Shown here one piece after another: positions 62,201-64,000 of a DNA stretch of 64,000 nucleotides. Made by a program: the position numbers and the translations under genes. Origin of the DNA: Magnetococcales bacterium (GTDB lineage Bacteria > Pseudomonadota > Magnetococcia > Magnetococcales > JADFYX01); NCBI GenBank assembly GCA_015232405.1, contig JADFZS010000003.1:13433-77432 (forward strand), read 5' to 3'. The notes under the pieces are model-generated. The model searched no databases. It was not told the DNA's origin and saw only the letters and a list, made by a program, of their open reading frames with translations. Every line of letters begins with the position of its first letter. The first letter of the stretch is position 1.

Positions 62201-62539
62201 GATGATACTCTTTTCTCACGTTTGATGACCACAAGTTATCTGACCCAGGCCGACTTTGATGTTACCCAGGCTAAAGATGGTGAAACAGCTCTGGAACTTC
62301 TAAAAGAGGAGGAGTTTGACATCATGGTTACCGATCTCAACATGCCTGGAATGAGTGGATTTGACCTGGTTAAAGAGACACGGGAAACCAATAATAGTGA
62401 GATTCCAATAATTGCCACTACACTGTTCTCATCAAAAGCACTGGAGTTCCGTTGTGGTCAGGCTGGCATGGTTGGTTGTGTGCCGATTATGGATAAAGTA
62501 CGACTTATGAATATTGTAGAGTCCCTCAAGCGACAATAA
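59300..62539 (+). CDS. cheA: Hybrid chemotaxis histidine kinase CheA (Hpt - acidic linker - dimerisation - HATPase - CheW-like - second CheW-like region - receiver)
   Basis: Hpt FRGVHTIKGTSGFFGL. P3 ETLRVSVSLLDELINMAGELVLIRNQL. N/G boxes LTHMIRNVVDHGIE, DDGAGID and GRGVGMDVV. P5 IYIMVINIGGNKFGMVVDNVLDSEEIVVKPL. C-terminal REC IVVDDT...IMVTDLNMPGMSGFDL...PIIATT. ATG 59300 follows GGAG. Confidence 0.9.
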   Translation: MSEEDDALIAMFVQESTEHLDTIEPDLLILEEQGKDTDPAVVNRMFRGVHTIKGTSGFFGLSNISNLSHTMENLLGKIRENVMVPTAEVTDSLLAGMDKLTQMIEDVPNSESIDASQEKAVIQALLDGSGGGDGAAAKPKAEEAAQEADQGATEAEAQTQQAEEEAEETTQLAKVEPDPQQFPILDNYPEEVQDAIKTGKYLYVIDFKLKGNNSTRQDSFKQFEQLIGPVGTLIATNPIINDELNFLSCKDDILQIFVSTVLDLDLVCSLTELTEKSITQVQIPKSAIKKKEAEEPTTDSGGLVAVGEVYDEVEDEDDEPTPTKRKLRLLNEKLSNQSSSGNGDGIAVASKSAAKQPVVEETLRVSVSLLDELINMAGELVLIRNQLSRTVSTTTSNDPQAPLIQSLDSITSRIQAKVMHARMQQINVVFSKFPRVVRDLANKMDKKITLELRGGEVELDKSVIQHLSDPLTHMIRNVVDHGIELPDIRKAAGKPVNGQVQLAAYHENGMVNIAMIDDGAGIDAEKIKRKAIDKGLITNKQAENMGEEDALALIFAPGFSMAKKVSDVSGRGVGMDVVRTNIEKLRGSVQITSKVGAGTNITLKLPLTLAIIPAMIISVRNHRFAIPEIGLVKIVRVVDSELEDQIQMVYNAPVLRMQDMLLPLVDLADVLEMHVTWPEDSDKTERRARWLHRQVNKNSKKGNPVDGKERRAKRNKVIYIMVINIGGNKFGMVVDNVLDSEEIVVKPLPSYFKENTCFSATTILGDGSVALIIDYAGIMEKANINFGNIEQSELAKRQGEMRSPLHEKQNIIILETGSGLRMGILTRMVRRVEKIRHKDIDLINDNHYVRYTDKTYRIILPGQVLGLEYDNSLEEVIEDENKELCMVISNIPGLQAGLVFAKIVDTMDTYIDLDQQAIQAQGLYGSARLDEHVVLFPNITELFNMVEISAPPPESIWDGAGLKAIVVDDTLFSRLMTTSYLTQADFDVTQAKDGETALELLKEEEFDIMVTDLNMPGMSGFDLVKETRETNNSEIPIIATTLFSSKALEFRCGQAGMVGCVPIMDKVRLMNIVESLKRQ

Positions 62540-62615
62540 GTACCTGTAGTTAAATTTGTGAGTAATAAAAAAAATTGGCAATAACAGTTATAAATGAGAC
62601 ACAGGAGTAATCTCA

Positions 62616-63158
62616 ATGCTTGTTTGTACTTTCTCCTTGGGTGAATTATATCTTGGTATAGATATAGTCTTGGTACGCGAGATTAATCAATCGTTGGGAT
62701 ACACCTCTGTTCCCGGTGCTCCCAACCATATCCAAGGCATGCTTAATATACGTGGTAGTGTCATAACCATGTTCAACTTAAAACAACGCCTGGACATGGT
62801 AAAACCGGGTGATGAAACACAACAACAATTTGACGGAAGCGGCGAAGAAGATGAGAGCAGCTCCTCTGCCCCCAAAAAGAGAAAGCAGCAGTTCAATATT
62901 ATCCTTAGAACCAAAAATGAGGTTACCAGAATTGATAAAGCAATAGCCCAGGAGGACTGCTCTTGGGACGACCCGGTTGGTCTGGTTGTTGACCGCTTGG
63001 GGGATGTGCAAAAAATTGATGATCACACCATTCAGGTAGCACCAGCCAATCTACAAGGAATCTCCTCTGATTTTGTTCGGGGAGTTGTGGAGATGGATAA
63101 CAAGCTGCTGCTGATTTTAAACGTGGGCAGTATTTTCAGTGAAAATGAAGAGGCTTAA
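62616..63158 (+). CDS. cheW: Chemotaxis coupling protein CheW (with low-complexity insertions)
   Basis: LVCTFSLGELYLGIDIVLVREINQ...IQGMLNIRGSVITMFNLKQRL...VGLVVDRLGDVQKI...VVEMDNKLLLILNV. AGGAG lies 8 nt upstream. Confidence 0.85.
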   Translation: MLVCTFSLGELYLGIDIVLVREINQSLGYTSVPGAPNHIQGMLNIRGSVITMFNLKQRLDMVKPGDETQQQFDGSGEEDESSSSAPKKRKQQFNIILRTKNEVTRIDKAIAQEDCSWDDPVGLVVDRLGDVQKIDDHTIQVAPANLQGISSDFVRGVVEMDNKLLLILNVGSIFSENEEA

Positions 63159-63600
63159 CAAATTTTTGTTACGTAGATATAAAAAACAACCAACTCCCAA
63201 CCTGCTATAATTTCACTCTTTACATAGAATGTATATCCAGGATTAGATTGCGGTTTTAAAAACTTGTTAGATGAGTGATAGGTAGCAATTTCCAAACTAC
63301 CGTATCTTTGCTTGCCGACTTGTAATGGATATGCTATTTATGACGGTTGCAAGTGCTATTTCAATAAAATAAAAAATTTATCCAACTGGTAGTAGAATGG
63401 TTAAAACAAACCGGATAAATGCTATGAATAGCAAATTTAAAAAGGTATTGTCTTACATAAAACAATCGTGTGTTGTCGATGGATTTTCTCATGATACTGA
63501 TGGGTTACAACTCTTAAGATTAACTTTTACCATCGTGATCATTTAAAAATAATGAATATGAGAACTATGTTTTGATAACCATCAACACAATGGAAATATT

Positions 63601-64000
63601 ATGAATTTGATCGTCGCTCTTATTGTTCTGTTTTTTACAACCATGCCAGCACATGCCAAGAACCACTCAACTGCTGGCACCAACCAAACAATAATCAATG
63701 TTGTAAATGTTGGCTCCTTTCTTACAGAAAAACATACAACAGAAATGTTTGAGCAACTCAAACTCAAAGGTTATGACCCTGAAATACTGAAAGTTTACGA
63801 TAGTAAAGGTAGACTTTGGTCGACTATCAACATCGGCATATATTTTAAATTGAGTGATGCCGAAACAATGGCTTCTCGATATAAAAAACATACTGGTCAA
63901 GATTCATCAATCGCAAAGATACCTGTAAAAAAACTTAAAAAATTCAAAAAAAGGGCAACTATTGCCAAGAAACAAAAAAGTTTAGCCCCTGTTATTAATA
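63601..64000 (+). CDS. Signal-peptide protein with a SPOR-like domain, 3' end outside the window (not in the ORF track because it has no stop)
   Basis: ATG 63601 reads MNLIVALIVLFFTTMPAHA..., then IINVVNVGSFLTEKHTTEMFEQLKLKGYDPEILKVYDSKGRLWSTINIGIYFKLSDAETMASRYKK, which fits the SPOR beta-alpha-beta-beta periodicity. The frame stays open to the window end. Confidence 0.45.
   Translation, partial: MNLIVALIVLFFTTMPAHAKNHSTAGTNQTIINVVNVGSFLTEKHTTEMFEQLKLKGYDPEILKVYDSKGRLWSTINIGIYFKLSDAETMASRYKKHTGQDSSIAKIPVKKLKKFKKRATIAKKQKSLAPVIN

Overview
This 64-kb window comes from a Gram-negative (LptD/SurA-encoding), fairly AT-rich, probably proteobacterial chromosome; I cannot name the organism. All calls come from reading the ORF translations and the DNA by eye. 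No HMM or BLAST search was possible, so domain calls rest on recognised motifs. The window splits into three blocks.

(1) 1-21.9 kb is a housekeeping core: an EamA fragment, a Sel1-repeat protein, a tightly coupled osmC/dsbA-like/etfB/etfA operon, a divergent CHAD and PPK2 pair, two tandem DUF21-CBS-CorC transporters, trpF-accD-folC, lptD-surA-pdxA, yciB, glnS and NnrS.

(2) 21.9-37.1 kb is an accessory region anchored on tRNA-Arg(ACG). A 2.3-kb TetR/DHFR-like/VapBC segment is bracketed by the tRNA 3' half and a decayed 45-nt copy of it. Beyond that lies a more AT-rich stretch (impression, not computed) holding an alcohol dehydrogenase, a YecA-like gene, a secreted caspase-FGE fusion, an eroded MNT/HEPN pair, two tandem TPR-GT41 glycosyltransferase genes and a B12-type radical SAM gene. 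Several of these are broken by in-frame stops or frameshifts.

(3) 37.2-63.2 kb is a large chemosensory locus with five chemoreceptors. One carries a C-terminal CZB zinc-binding motif. One has a periplasmic CXXCH haem-c motif. Three are tandem receptors sharing a long HAMP-less signalling module with different sensor domains. The locus also has a hemerythrin-like protein, two cheR paralogs (one with an in-frame TGA), cheY, cheX, a CheA with an extra CheW-like region and a receiver domain, and cheW. No cheB, cheD or cheZ is present. A three-gene NAGGN osmoprotectant operon (asnO-ngg-M42 peptidase) sits inside this locus.

No CRISPR array, rRNA, transposase or integrase was seen. The most unusual material is the chemoreceptor set (haem-c sensor, long HAMP-less class with 14-residue EEMSxNM repeats, modular tandem array) and the secreted caspase-FGE protein with its neighbouring TPR-GT41 / radical SAM cassette.
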